The notes under the pieces were generated by a model. It ran no database searches. It was given only the letters and a program-made list of their open reading frames with translations, and was not told the DNA's origin. A program made the position numbers and the translations under genes. This document shows positions 44,033-53,378 of a stretch of 64,000 nt of DNA, one piece after another. Every line of letters starts with the position of its first letter. The stretch's first letter is position 1. Origin of the DNA: a virus; IMG/VR virus record IMGVR_UViG_3300034101_003081, positions 1 through 64,000 of that record, one strand, 5' to 3'.

Positions 44033-44332
44033 CTAAGGCCGGCGGCAAGCAGATTTTCCAGGGTCGAGCCTGTACCCCAGCGAGTACAGAATCTTGGCGA
44101 TGTCGCTCGCGGCTTGCGTGACGGCTTCCTCGCTCACGACGAACGTACCCATGCTGGCGTGCAAGCCCTCGTGAATCTCGCACTCTAGTCTTGAGCGGTG
44201 CTTGAGACTTGAGTTGATCAAGACTTTGCGCTTTGCGGGCTCTGTCCAGCCGTCGGCGTCGCCTTTGAGCGGCGAGTATCTCCAGAGCCAGCGGTGGCCT
44301 TCGGGGCCTAGTTGGAAGCGATGGTCTTCCAC
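44033..44332 (-). CDS. Small HExxH metallopeptidase-like protein
   Basis: IHEGLHA..SEE.V. Confidence 0.6.
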   Translation of the reverse strand: MEDHRFQLGPEGHRWLWRYSPLKGDADGWTEPAKRKVLINSSLKHRSRLECEIHEGLHASMGTFVVSEEAVTQAASDIAKILYSLGYRLDPGKSACRRP

Positions 44333-44562
44333 AGCCTTCTCCTGACGAAGCGCAGCCGGGCCCGCCAGGTCATCTTTGCTGGGCCGCCGAGATACATGAT
44401 TATCCGATATTGAACCCGATTCCCCCAAGCGTCGAGCGATGCCATTCTTTGGCCGCAGCCGCAATTTTTTGCTCCGAACAGCCTGGCGATGCGGGTCTCT
44501 GATATGCCGCAGGCGGCCAAAGCCCTGCCGAGGACAGTTCCGATCGGGACGGGGCGGATCAT
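44308..44562 (-). CDS. Small CGC-motif phage protein
   Basis: G..L..AL...GI...CGC..R...L..WG; follows the giant virion gene. Confidence 0.55.
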   Translation of the reverse strand: MIRPVPIGTVLGRALAACGISETRIARLFGAKNCGCGQRMASLDAWGNRVQYRIIMYLGGPAKMTWRARLRFVRRRLWKTIASN

Positions 44563-47500
44563 TGAGTCGTGTCCCGAACGGCGAGGGTGACTGACGGCTG
44601 GGACTGTGGCGCCGAGAATCTGTCGTGCGTAGCCCAGCCGTGCATCTCATTAGACCACTTCGGCCGAATCACGCTGACGCTGACTGGGCTCAGGCATTTA
44701 CCAAATACTTGAACGGCCACACCAGGCGGGAGCCTCTTCAGGTTGGCTGGGTGCCTGTCGCCTTGCACGAACGTCGGGTGGGAGTGCGACGCATCAAGCG
44801 TTGCTTCAGTCACGAAGCCGTCGTCGAAGAACAGTTCAACGCGAGTAAAGGGCTTGTTTGGGTCAGGCTCTAAGTTCTCGTCCGCTCCGTAAGAACTCCT
44901 AGTAACCCCGAAAGGCGGAATTGACGTCAAAGCAATGCGGCGACTTTTCTCCCCAGCCGGCAACTCGAAGTATTCGTGTGTTGCATTTTCGATGCGGACA
45001 TACTGGCTTTTATTTCCGTCGTAAAAGTCTGCGTAGTCTTTATCTGTTTCGACGAACGACACGGCTGGCGGAGACGTGTAGCCAGAGCCAGGCGACGTCA
45101 CGGTGACAGAGACAACCTTTCTGCGGAGAGTGGTTTGCTCTTCGTATCCCATTACGGCGACAGCCGTCGCGCCGCTGCCGCCTCCGCCATGCAAGACCAC
45201 GGTCGGCGTCGACGTGTATCCGCCGCCCTGAGACGACACTGATACCGACGTGACTGCGCCGTTGACTACAGTCGACGACGCTGACGCTGGAGTGATGAGA
45301 GGTCTGCCTCCGGAGACGACCGCTCTCGCAAGAGAGCCATATCCGGCACCGCCGGAGCCGACTAAGGCAGAGCCATATCCGTCGCTGCCGACAGCCACAG
45401 ACAGCGACGCGCCGCTGCCGACGTCGCACTCGACTTTCACGGTGGGCGGAACCGAGAACTTGTAGGCAGACACGGGTTGAGATAGGCCAAGATTAATCCC
45501 ATCAAAAAACGCGCCAGTTATAGTCCCGCCGGACAGGAACTGAAACACCAACTCGCGAGCGCCTTCTGGAAGAAAGCCTTCGCCGCGCGCCTGGTAGAGT
45601 CGCGTGGTTAAGTCTCCGATCTGGTCTCCAAGTTCGGCTCGCGAAGATTCGAGCAGCGAATTGAGTTCCTGCATGGACTTGGCCCACGAGTTGATAGACA
45701 CCGGCTGCGGAGGCACGCCTGTCTTTTTGCCTACAGCATCAACTCGGAGCGACGTTGAAGAGCGAATGACATGCGTATTCCAGAAAGAAACGAGTGGCTT
45801 TTGCCGAAACCATGTTGGCACTTCAATTGGAGGAACGCCGGGAGGGGAAGTAAGCGAATCAATCGGGCCGCCTGGAGTGTCAAACACATTGACGTTCGCG
45901 ATTCGCTGCTTGAGGTCCGCAAAGCGGGCCAGGTCCGGAGCGTAAAGCATCCCAGATAGGTGGCCGCCGTAAGGGTCGAACACGACTTGATCGACTCGCC
46001 CCTCTGCGTGGTGAATCCAGTACCGAGACTGAATCATGTCGCCGTCTCTGAAATACGGAATGTTGTTGCCCCAAGTCTGCCCTGGTGGAATGCGAGGATA
46101 CCAAAGGCCTAGCGGTGGCATGCCTGTGAGCGGGTCGTATGGCCCTACAAGTGCCGGATCAAGCCGATAGGCATATCCAGAGCCGCCGCTTTCGATAGAC
46201 AGAGATGTGTTTCCCTGTATTCGGGCCTGCGCTGCTGCCCTGTAGGGCTTGACTGACTCGGAAAACTCTTCTTCCGTGATCTCGCCGGCTGAGAGTTGCT
46301 CTTGAAGAGACTGGATAGCCTCGTTGCCTCCTCCTGAAAACGTGATATCAGGAGGAGTCGAATACCCGGAGCCGCCGCTGGTGACATTGCAGTAGATGAC
46401 AGAGCCGTTGATTTTGCACGTCGCCGCCGCGCCCGATCCGACGGCTGCCGTCGTGGCCGTCGCTGCAGCGCCGGTCCCGCCTCCGCCTTGGAAGAAGACC
46501 TGCGGCGGCCTGTAGTACCCAGAGCCGCGACTTGTGATCTTCATGTCCTCAACAGGGCCCGCAATGAAGGCCGTCGCAGACGCGCCGCCGCCAGGTTTGC
46601 CGGGATGGACGTCGAAACGGACTGCTGGCGCGTGTTGATATCCTCCGCCTTGCGACCCGACGGACACAGCAGAAACGGCGCCGGTGGTTGGGTCAATCGC
46701 CGCAGTAGCAGTGGCCGGAGACGGAGGCCCGATAAAAGCCGTGGCGGACGCGCCTGTGCCGCCGCCGCCGGTGAGGAAAACAGTCGGCGGCAATGTGTAT
46801 CCAGAGCCTCTCCCCGAGATCGTGACGCCAAGCACTTCTCCTGTGAACTGGTCTATCGTTGCGGAGGCCGATGCCCCGCTGCCCCCGCCGCCTGCAAACG
46901 AAACGGCTGGAGCAGACGTGTACCCGAACCCAGGAGTGTCAAGTTTGATGTACACGACAGAGCCATTTCCGGCTTTGTGGCCTCCAGAAAAAAAGACCTT
47001 CGGCGGTTCGCTGTAGTTGGCGCCGCCAAAGTCCGTGCGAACGCTCACGACCTTCCCGTCAATCGTGCAGGTTGCGGCCGCGCCACTGCCGCTGCCGCCG
47101 GTAATCAAGACCGAAGGAGGCAGTGAGTAGCCGCTGCCTCCGGAGCCTAATTCAAGCGATTCAATGTCTGGAACCGGCTCGAACGTCACGGACGGCGCTG
47201 CCCTGTACCTCCCCCCCTCGGAGACAGAAACAGCCGTCACCTTGCCGTCCACGATTCGCGACTCCGCAACAGCGGAGATGCCTGGCTGCGAAAAGACTAC
47301 CTTTGGAGCGACGCGGTATCCTGATCCGCCCTGCGTGACGGCTACGGATTCGACTGGACCGGCGATCGCGGCCTGGCAGGAAGCACCTCCTGAAATACTA
47401 ACCGTCGGGACCGTCCTGTACCCAGACCCCTTGTTCGTGATTCCGACACTGACAACTGCTCCATCGAGCGATGCCTCGGCAACCGCGACGCCGTCGGGCT

Positions 47501-50500
47501 GCTCGCTGAACTTCAGAATTGCCGGTTCTGTGTACCGCTCTCCGGCGTTTTCGATCTTCAGTTCGACGTCACCCTTGGACACTGGAGGGCCAAACGTAGG
47601 ATGCCCAAGCAGCCAGAGCGACTGATCTTGCTCACGAACTCCGCAGGCTCCTCCAATTCGTAACTGCTCTATCTGCTGCGACTCTGGAAAACGCGGCGGC
47701 GGGATGTCCAGATGCCCCGCGCTCTCGAAACCGTAAAACAATCCGCCGGCTTCCTGCCTTGCGAAACCAGCCTGCGTAATCTCTGCCCACGGCTCTGCCC
47801 CGCCGATTTTGGCCGGCCCAACCCCGCCGTGGCGGAGTTGGCTTGGAACAAGTTCGTACACAGCGCCGCTGCCGGCGGTGTCCACAACCTCAAGGGTGCC
47901 GTACGAAAGCGGAAACACCTCTCTTGTGTATCCTTTCTTCGTCTGCACGAGGCCCTCGGTGACGTCCGTGCTTGGAGGAATAGGCGGAACATGCCCAGCA
48001 GTCCACGAGTGAAGATTGAACCCGCCATACGCAGTATCGTTGTGCGGGTAGAAAGTGTGGGGGACGACCGAGCCGCACCATGTGTCGAATCCTCGGAGGC
48101 TAGCAAGCGGTTCATTGGGGCTGTCAGGGACGCCGACTAGGTAATTTGCCCCCCACGGGCCGCCAAGCCCTTCCCAGGCCGGAGCCGCAAACTCGCCCGA
48201 TGAATGCACAGATGTCTGCACCGAAACAGACTGCAAGGTTGGGTGGTTATTGAAGCCAGTGCCAGCGCAGTCTATTTTTGTATAAGTTTCCGTTCTTTCG
48301 ATTATCCGCCAAGCAAACTTTTGGCCTGAGTACCTGAGTTTCGCCTGTCGCGTGTACCCCGAGCCTCCGCTCTTGAGAACAAAGACTCCGCTTGTGCCTT
48401 GCGGGCCGTCGAAATGATCGCCGGGAGCCTCGATGATATTAAGAGTCTTTGTATAAGCGGGAATCGCAGGAGTCCTCGCGATTGCTGCGAAAGGCCAAGA
48501 AGCCGATGAAACCTTCTGGTAAGTAAGCGAGTAGTCGCCGCTGGTAGCGGCTGTGTTGCGATTCTTGTTTGGCAAGCGACTTCCATGCACGGCGGCTGTA
48601 GCGTTGAGGTGCCACGCCACGCCGGCTGCGTCAATCGCCATCGCCCGAGAGCCGACGGCGACAACCTGCTCGCACGAGTCTGGGCCAACGAGACTTGCGG
48701 AGGCAGACAAGACAGGCTCCCCGCGGGGCTCAAAGTAGACCTCCGGCAACTCTATGTATCCGCACCCGCCGGTTACGGAGATTTCGTAGTCTCCTTCGTA
48801 TTTGATATTGGCGAAATAGTCTCCGGAAAACTCTCTGAAGCCAGCGCCATCGGATGAAACTGCGGAACTCCCCCGAGACTTCTCCTGACGATTGCAGGAA
48901 GCCACCGCCGCATGGATTCCCTCGTACGCCGGTGGAGAAATGAAGATTCTTTCTGGCGAGACTGGGCATGAGTCGTCCCCCATCGCGGGCGTCGCCGTTA
49001 TGTAGACCCGCTTGCCGACTGGGCTAGGCTTTAATATTGCATCCGAAAGGCCAGGAACGCTTCCCCACCAATAAACCCGCCCGTCAGACTTTATTGCAAG
49101 TGAGTATCCGCCTTGACCGGCCGCAACAGACTTCCATGTGTCAGTTCCGACTTGTCGCCATCGCTGCCTGAAAGATTCGATCTTCACGATTGGCTCGGAA
49201 GAGTATCCGTACCCGCCATCAGTTAAAACTGGCTGCTGGATAACTCCCTCCGGAGAGGCTGTCGCCGTTCCGGCTGCGTCTGCTCCGGAGTGCGAGAGGA
49301 ATTGAAGGTTGTACATTACGGATTCGATTGGCGGGCCATCCCACCCAGAAGCCGGCACTCGGCCTGCTACCCACTTCTTGATATGCGGAGCAACTTGACC
49401 AGAGATCGTCACTTGCGGAGCGGGGGTGCCGGGCGGCGGATTCTCTCGAATGCCGACCTTTCGCTGGACAGCGTAAAGGCCTCCATCGACAATCTTTGCC
49501 TCAACTTCGGCGTCACTTTCCGAAAACGAAACAGACGCTGACGTCCAATAATTGCCAAAGATACCAATCCCACCAATGCCCACAGCCTGCTTAACAACAC
49601 TTGGGTTCGGCGACTGAGCAGGAAAAGGCGGAAACGCCTGCTCCCACGGAGCGCATGTTGGAAACACGTTCCCCGTCGCAGCGATGTATGTGTACGGAGG
49701 GCTGTCTGTAGGCTGAACTGTCCCCGTGACAACAATCCACGGCCTGCACGGCCATCCGTCCGAATTGGACGTGACAGTGACAGTCCCGCTTTCGTCTGCG
49801 GCGATTGTCTCTGATCGCCCTCCAACAACGAGAGAGACTTGATACTCGCCTGCTGGATAGTATCCAAGCACAGTTCCGCTTTTGACTCTCCCGAAAGTCT
49901 GCTTCGGAAACGCAACCTGGCTCGCATTTGGCCCAAGAGTAAGCGACTGGACTGGGCCGGGCTCAATTTTGCACACAAACGCTGCTGCGTTTGATGGAAC
50001 GCCGAGGCCTATGCCGTCCAAATAGGACAGCGTAGGCGAGTCTTGAAACTCGTCGCTTGGGTCTCTAGAGAACACGACAAATGGCGAACGCCTAAGTTCA
50101 CCGTCACTTGTCGAGTGCGAAAACCTGGCAGTCGTGTAGCCGTTTCCAGGCGACTTGATTACAACCGACTCGACAACGCCTTCTGACTTCGCCGCTGCCT
50201 CGGCGCCGCTGCCTCCCCCCCCCGAGAAGACAATCTTTGGCTTCTCTTTGTAGCCGTCATAGCGGGCAGGGCTTGCCGACGAGTTCACCGTCACCGAGTG
50301 AACGTAGCCATTCCCAAAGGTCGCGGTGGCCGTCGCGCCGGAGCCTGGCCCGGAAAAAGTTATCGGGTAGCCCGATCCTCCTTGGCCGCCGTACAGGCCT
50401 GGGGTGCCTACTGTGACTTCGAGGACGTGATTCAAGACAAGGCTGGCAGTGGCCGACGCCCCGCTCCCGCCTCCGCCGGTAAAACGAATCTGCGCCGACT

Positions 50501-52010
50501 CGGCGTCGACTTTTAGCCCAGGCTCAACCTGAACGGACGAAACAAAGCCGTTGGTAAGGATCGCAGTGAGGCCAGCCAGCGGCCTTCCGTTTACCGTAAC
50601 AGTTGGCGGAAAAGAGTATCCGCCCCCTGGGTGCGTCACGGAAATGCCCTGGATGATCGAGCCCATCCTTGATACCGTTGCCGTTGCCTGCGAGCCGTAC
50701 CCAGACCCAGGAGTAATCACGCTCGGCCTTGTCGTGTACCCAGAACCTCCGTTGGTGACATTTATCGCCACGATCCCGTACCGCATGTTTGCAGTAAGGA
50801 CGGCGTTCCCGCTGCCGACGGAGTCGAGCGACACAGTGCTTGCTTCCGCAGTCGCTCCAGAGCCGCCGTTAGTTGGCTCGAAAGACACAGAGGGGGGGTC
50901 TTTGTAGCCTTCCCCGCCTCGCGTGACAGAAACAGTCTGAACCTGATCGCCTTCGAGCGTAACAAATCCAGTTGCGGTCGCTCCTCCTGAAGTGCGGAAA
51001 ATAAGCGGATACGACCCAGGCATCGTCCGGGCCAATGAGGAGGCCGGGGTAACGCCAACAACGGCTCCGGAAGGAGAAAGGACAGAATAACCAACATGGC
51101 CTTCGCGGCCATCTGGCATTATGTACCGGACATCCGATGCGTACGAGTAGCCTGAACCGCCGTTTGTGATGGTCACCGAGGCCACCTTGCAGTACATTTC
51201 CGTAACAGTCGCAGTGGCCTCGCTTGTGTTCAGTCCGGAAAACACAACACGAGGAGGGGACTTGTAACCAGACCCTCGCTCGCGGACGACAACTGCGGAG
51301 ACGGCGAGATTTCTCTCGGCCGGTCCAAGCGAGAGGCCGTCCTCTTCGAGTGTGACTCTCGGAGGAGACGAGTACCCGCTTCCGCCGTTCGTGACCTCAA
51401 CGGAAGTGATCGAGTAGTTCATCACTGCTTCCGCGACGGCCGGCTCTACAACTGAGTCCTCTGTCCAGTTTCGATCGTTAGGCCATTGGTTCGACTGCCT
51501 GGACATTTGCTTGACGATGGCCGTGGGCCTTTCTGAGTACTTGCCTCTCAGGCCAGTCGGCTCCGCTGATGCGATCGGCCGGGACAGGATGGCGCGAATG
51601 GTTTCAGCCCTGTCGTCGAGGTATGGCGGTTCAGTGAGCCCGACGGCAGCACTCCCCCTACCCCACAGTGTTCCGTCTTCACGAATTGCGATCTCATGCC
51701 CAGACGACGCCGAAACGTCTTCCCACTTGTGTTCTCCACCGACAAGAGTCGGACTGGAGCCAACCTGCCCACCCCACTCCCACAGGCTACCGTCAGAAAG
51801 TATTCCGAACCCGCGACCTCCGTCAGCAGACACCGCGACTTTCAGCCAATCGCCTTGCTTTTCAATTGTCGGAGGTGCGGTGCCAACGAGCGGGAAGTCA
51901 GGCCTGGACGAGCCCTCGACCCCCAACTGACCAGAGTCGTTCTGCCCCCAGCCATAAACTTTCGGGAAGCAGCAGAAGAGTTTCTTGAAGCACTCGAATC
52001 CGAAGTTCAT
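44559..52010 (-). CDS. Giant (2483 aa) tail/virion adhesin with RCC1-like blades and many GxGY beta-repeats
   Basis: GWGQNDSGQLG and AI..DG.LW.WG blades; >15 copies of V.V..GGSGY...P.V.F.GGGG.GA.A.A; TGATG coupling; last large tail-module gene. Confidence 0.8.
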   Translation of the reverse strand: MNFGFECFKKLFCCFPKVYGWGQNDSGQLGVEGSSRPDFPLVGTAPPTIEKQGDWLKVAVSADGGRGFGILSDGSLWEWGGQVGSSPTLVGGEHKWEDVSASSGHEIAIREDGTLWGRGSAAVGLTEPPYLDDRAETIRAILSRPIASAEPTGLRGKYSERPTAIVKQMSRQSNQWPNDRNWTEDSVVEPAVAEAVMNYSITSVEVTNGGSGYSSPPRVTLEEDGLSLGPAERNLAVSAVVVRERGSGYKSPPRVVFSGLNTSEATATVTEMYCKVASVTITNGGSGYSYASDVRYIMPDGREGHVGYSVLSPSGAVVGVTPASSLARTMPGSYPLIFRTSGGATATGFVTLEGDQVQTVSVTRGGEGYKDPPSVSFEPTNGGSGATAEASTVSLDSVGSGNAVLTANMRYGIVAINVTNGGSGYTTRPSVITPGSGYGSQATATVSRMGSIIQGISVTHPGGGYSFPPTVTVNGRPLAGLTAILTNGFVSSVQVEPGLKVDAESAQIRFTGGGGSGASATASLVLNHVLEVTVGTPGLYGGQGGSGYPITFSGPGSGATATATFGNGYVHSVTVNSSASPARYDGYKEKPKIVFSGGGGSGAEAAAKSEGVVESVVIKSPGNGYTTARFSHSTSDGELRRSPFVVFSRDPSDEFQDSPTLSYLDGIGLGVPSNAAAFVCKIEPGPVQSLTLGPNASQVAFPKQTFGRVKSGTVLGYYPAGEYQVSLVVGGRSETIAADESGTVTVTSNSDGWPCRPWIVVTGTVQPTDSPPYTYIAATGNVFPTCAPWEQAFPPFPAQSPNPSVVKQAVGIGGIGIFGNYWTSASVSFSESDAEVEAKIVDGGLYAVQRKVGIRENPPPGTPAPQVTISGQVAPHIKKWVAGRVPASGWDGPPIESVMYNLQFLSHSGADAAGTATASPEGVIQQPVLTDGGYGYSSEPIVKIESFRQRWRQVGTDTWKSVAAGQGGYSLAIKSDGRVYWWGSVPGLSDAILKPSPVGKRVYITATPAMGDDSCPVSPERIFISPPAYEGIHAAVASCNRQEKSRGSSAVSSDGAGFREFSGDYFANIKYEGDYEISVTGGCGYIELPEVYFEPRGEPVLSASASLVGPDSCEQVVAVGSRAMAIDAAGVAWHLNATAAVHGSRLPNKNRNTAATSGDYSLTYQKVSSASWPFAAIARTPAIPAYTKTLNIIEAPGDHFDGPQGTSGVFVLKSGGSGYTRQAKLRYSGQKFAWRIIERTETYTKIDCAGTGFNNHPTLQSVSVQTSVHSSGEFAAPAWEGLGGPWGANYLVGVPDSPNEPLASLRGFDTWCGSVVPHTFYPHNDTAYGGFNLHSWTAGHVPPIPPSTDVTEGLVQTKKGYTREVFPLSYGTLEVVDTAGSGAVYELVPSQLRHGGVGPAKIGGAEPWAEITQAGFARQEAGGLFYGFESAGHLDIPPPRFPESQQIEQLRIGGACGVREQDQSLWLLGHPTFGPPVSKGDVELKIENAGERYTEPAILKFSEQPDGVAVAEASLDGAVVSVGITNKGSGYRTVPTVSISGGASCQAAIAGPVESVAVTQGGSGYRVAPKVVFSQPGISAVAESRIVDGKVTAVSVSEGGRYRAAPSVTFEPVPDIESLELGSGGSGYSLPPSVLITGGSGSGAAATCTIDGKVVSVRTDFGGANYSEPPKVFFSGGHKAGNGSVVYIKLDTPGFGYTSAPAVSFAGGGGSGASASATIDQFTGEVLGVTISGRGSGYTLPPTVFLTGGGGTGASATAFIGPPSPATATAAIDPTTGAVSAVSVGSQGGGYQHAPAVRFDVHPGKPGGGASATAFIAGPVEDMKITSRGSGYYRPPQVFFQGGGGTGAAATATTAAVGSGAAATCKINGSVIYCNVTSGGSGYSTPPDITFSGGGNEAIQSLQEQLSAGEITEEEFSESVKPYRAAAQARIQGNTSLSIESGGSGYAYRLDPALVGPYDPLTGMPPLGLWYPRIPPGQTWGNNIPYFRDGDMIQSRYWIHHAEGRVDQVVFDPYGGHLSGMLYAPDLARFADLKQRIANVNVFDTPGGPIDSLTSPPGVPPIEVPTWFRQKPLVSFWNTHVIRSSTSLRVDAVGKKTGVPPQPVSINSWAKSMQELNSLLESSRAELGDQIGDLTTRLYQARGEGFLPEGARELVFQFLSGGTITGAFFDGINLGLSQPVSAYKFSVPPTVKVECDVGSGASLSVAVGSDGYGSALVGSGGAGYGSLARAVVSGGRPLITPASASSTVVNGAVTSVSVSSQGGGYTSTPTVVLHGGGGSGATAVAVMGYEEQTTLRRKVVSVTVTSPGSGYTSPPAVSFVETDKDYADFYDGNKSQYVRIENATHEYFELPAGEKSRRIALTSIPPFGVTRSSYGADENLEPDPNKPFTRVELFFDDGFVTEATLDASHSHPTFVQGDRHPANLKRLPPGVAVQVFGKCLSPVSVSVIRPKWSNEMHGWATHDRFSAPQSQPSVTLAVRDTTQ

Positions 52011-52381
52011 CACGAACACTCAGCAGCAACAAGAATCCACGTTGTGCCCTCAAGGGCAACCGCGCAGCGACGTGTTTGTCCAGAAGGCGGCGCCGCAATG
52101 TGCGAAAAGATGTTGCTCGCAATCGCCGTAGCCGCCGTGTCCCTAATAAAAGTGATCGTCTTGAGCGTGTCCTTGCTCCATGAGCCAGTAAACCTGGCTG
52201 TTGCAAAAGAGCCGCCGCCGCCGACAGCGCGAGGTAATGAACTCGGATTACGGTCTCTCCTTGCGGTCTCGACCGTATGGACAACGCTGGCGATCCGCTG
52301 GGCGTCTCGCTGCCGAAACTGAACAGGCTGCTCGCCTTTGTTTGCGGAGGCCTTCTTCTTGAATTGGCTGATATTCAACAT
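52010..52381 (-). CDS. Minor tail protein (putative)
   Basis: Position in the tail module. Confidence 0.5.
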   Translation of the reverse strand: MLNISQFKKKASANKGEQPVQFRQRDAQRIASVVHTVETARRDRNPSSLPRAVGGGGSFATARFTGSWSKDTLKTITFIRDTAATAIASNIFSHIAAPPSGQTRRCAVALEGTTWILVAAECS

Positions 52382-52385
52382 GGAA

Positions 52386-53363
52386 TCACGTCGCAGGGAT
52401 AGGCGGCTCGCTGTACGGATAGCCAGAGAACACGTCATTCGGAATCTGGTGGAACGTCCCAACAAACGGAAGCGTCCTGTAGATTCGAAACGTCAGCATG
52501 TCAGGGGGGAGGCCTGGGGCTTTCTGTGACCCGTTTGGGTTGAGAGCCATCGGCTCACTTGCAGGCTCGCTGCCGACAAGAATCTTTTCCTTTCTGCCTG
52601 CCTTGAGTTCATTAAAGCCGACATTCCAAGTCTGCAAGTCCCAGCCTGTGTTCCTGTACGCGCACGTGATCGACGTCTCGTAGTAGATAACTTTTACCGG
52701 CGGCAGGTCGGGCGTCGTATTAGGGAGCGTCTCGATTTTGCGGTTCGCCGTGATGCTCTGGCACTTCCACGTCTTCGGCTGGCCGCCGCTCCAGACGTCA
52801 GAATTGATCGCGCCTACGTAAGCCTGGGCTTTTGCGTAGTCGAACGGTGGCTTCTGGTTGTAGGAGATAGTGACGTTGAACTCGCCTTCATCGCGGTCCA
52901 GGCCAGAGAGCGGGTCTTTCGCCGTGTTGACAATAATCTCCTTGGTGTTGTTGTCTCCGGCGTTTTTGTAATACCAGAAACAAGGAGCAGAGGCGAGCGA
53001 CCCAGAAAACGAGAAAACTGGCGGCCTCTGCCACGGAATCTTTTCAGACTCGTCGAGATACCTGTACTGGTATGTGACCTTGTAGTGAAACGCCGATTCG
53101 CCGTCTTGCTGCGTGCTGGACTCAACGAGAAACGCATTGGCGTCGGTCGGAAACGCATCTCTCCATGCAATCCCAGGTGCGGCTGCAACCTGCGACAGGC
53201 TTGGGTTTATTGTGTTGACGCGAACAAGAAAGATGCGAGTGTAGGTCGGATTTCCGTCAACGCTCGCCTGGCGAGACTTGCCGCGGTACAGTTCCCGGCA
53301 GTCTGTGACGTGCGGGAGCAGCGGGTTCGACCACGGCGCTCCTGTAGAGTTCGGTTCGGGCAT
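52386..53363 (-). CDS. Distal tail/hub protein (putative)
   Basis: Immediately after the tape measure; beta-rich. Confidence 0.55.
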   Translation of the reverse strand: MPEPNSTGAPWSNPLLPHVTDCRELYRGKSRQASVDGNPTYTRIFLVRVNTINPSLSQVAAAPGIAWRDAFPTDANAFLVESSTQQDGESAFHYKVTYQYRYLDESEKIPWQRPPVFSFSGSLASAPCFWYYKNAGDNNTKEIIVNTAKDPLSGLDRDEGEFNVTISYNQKPPFDYAKAQAYVGAINSDVWSGGQPKTWKCQSITANRKIETLPNTTPDLPPVKVIYYETSITCAYRNTGWDLQTWNVGFNELKAGRKEKILVGSEPASEPMALNPNGSQKAPGLPPDMLTFRIYRTLPFVGTFHQIPNDVFSGYPYSEPPIPAT

Positions 53364-53378
53364 GTGTGCGTGTCCGTA

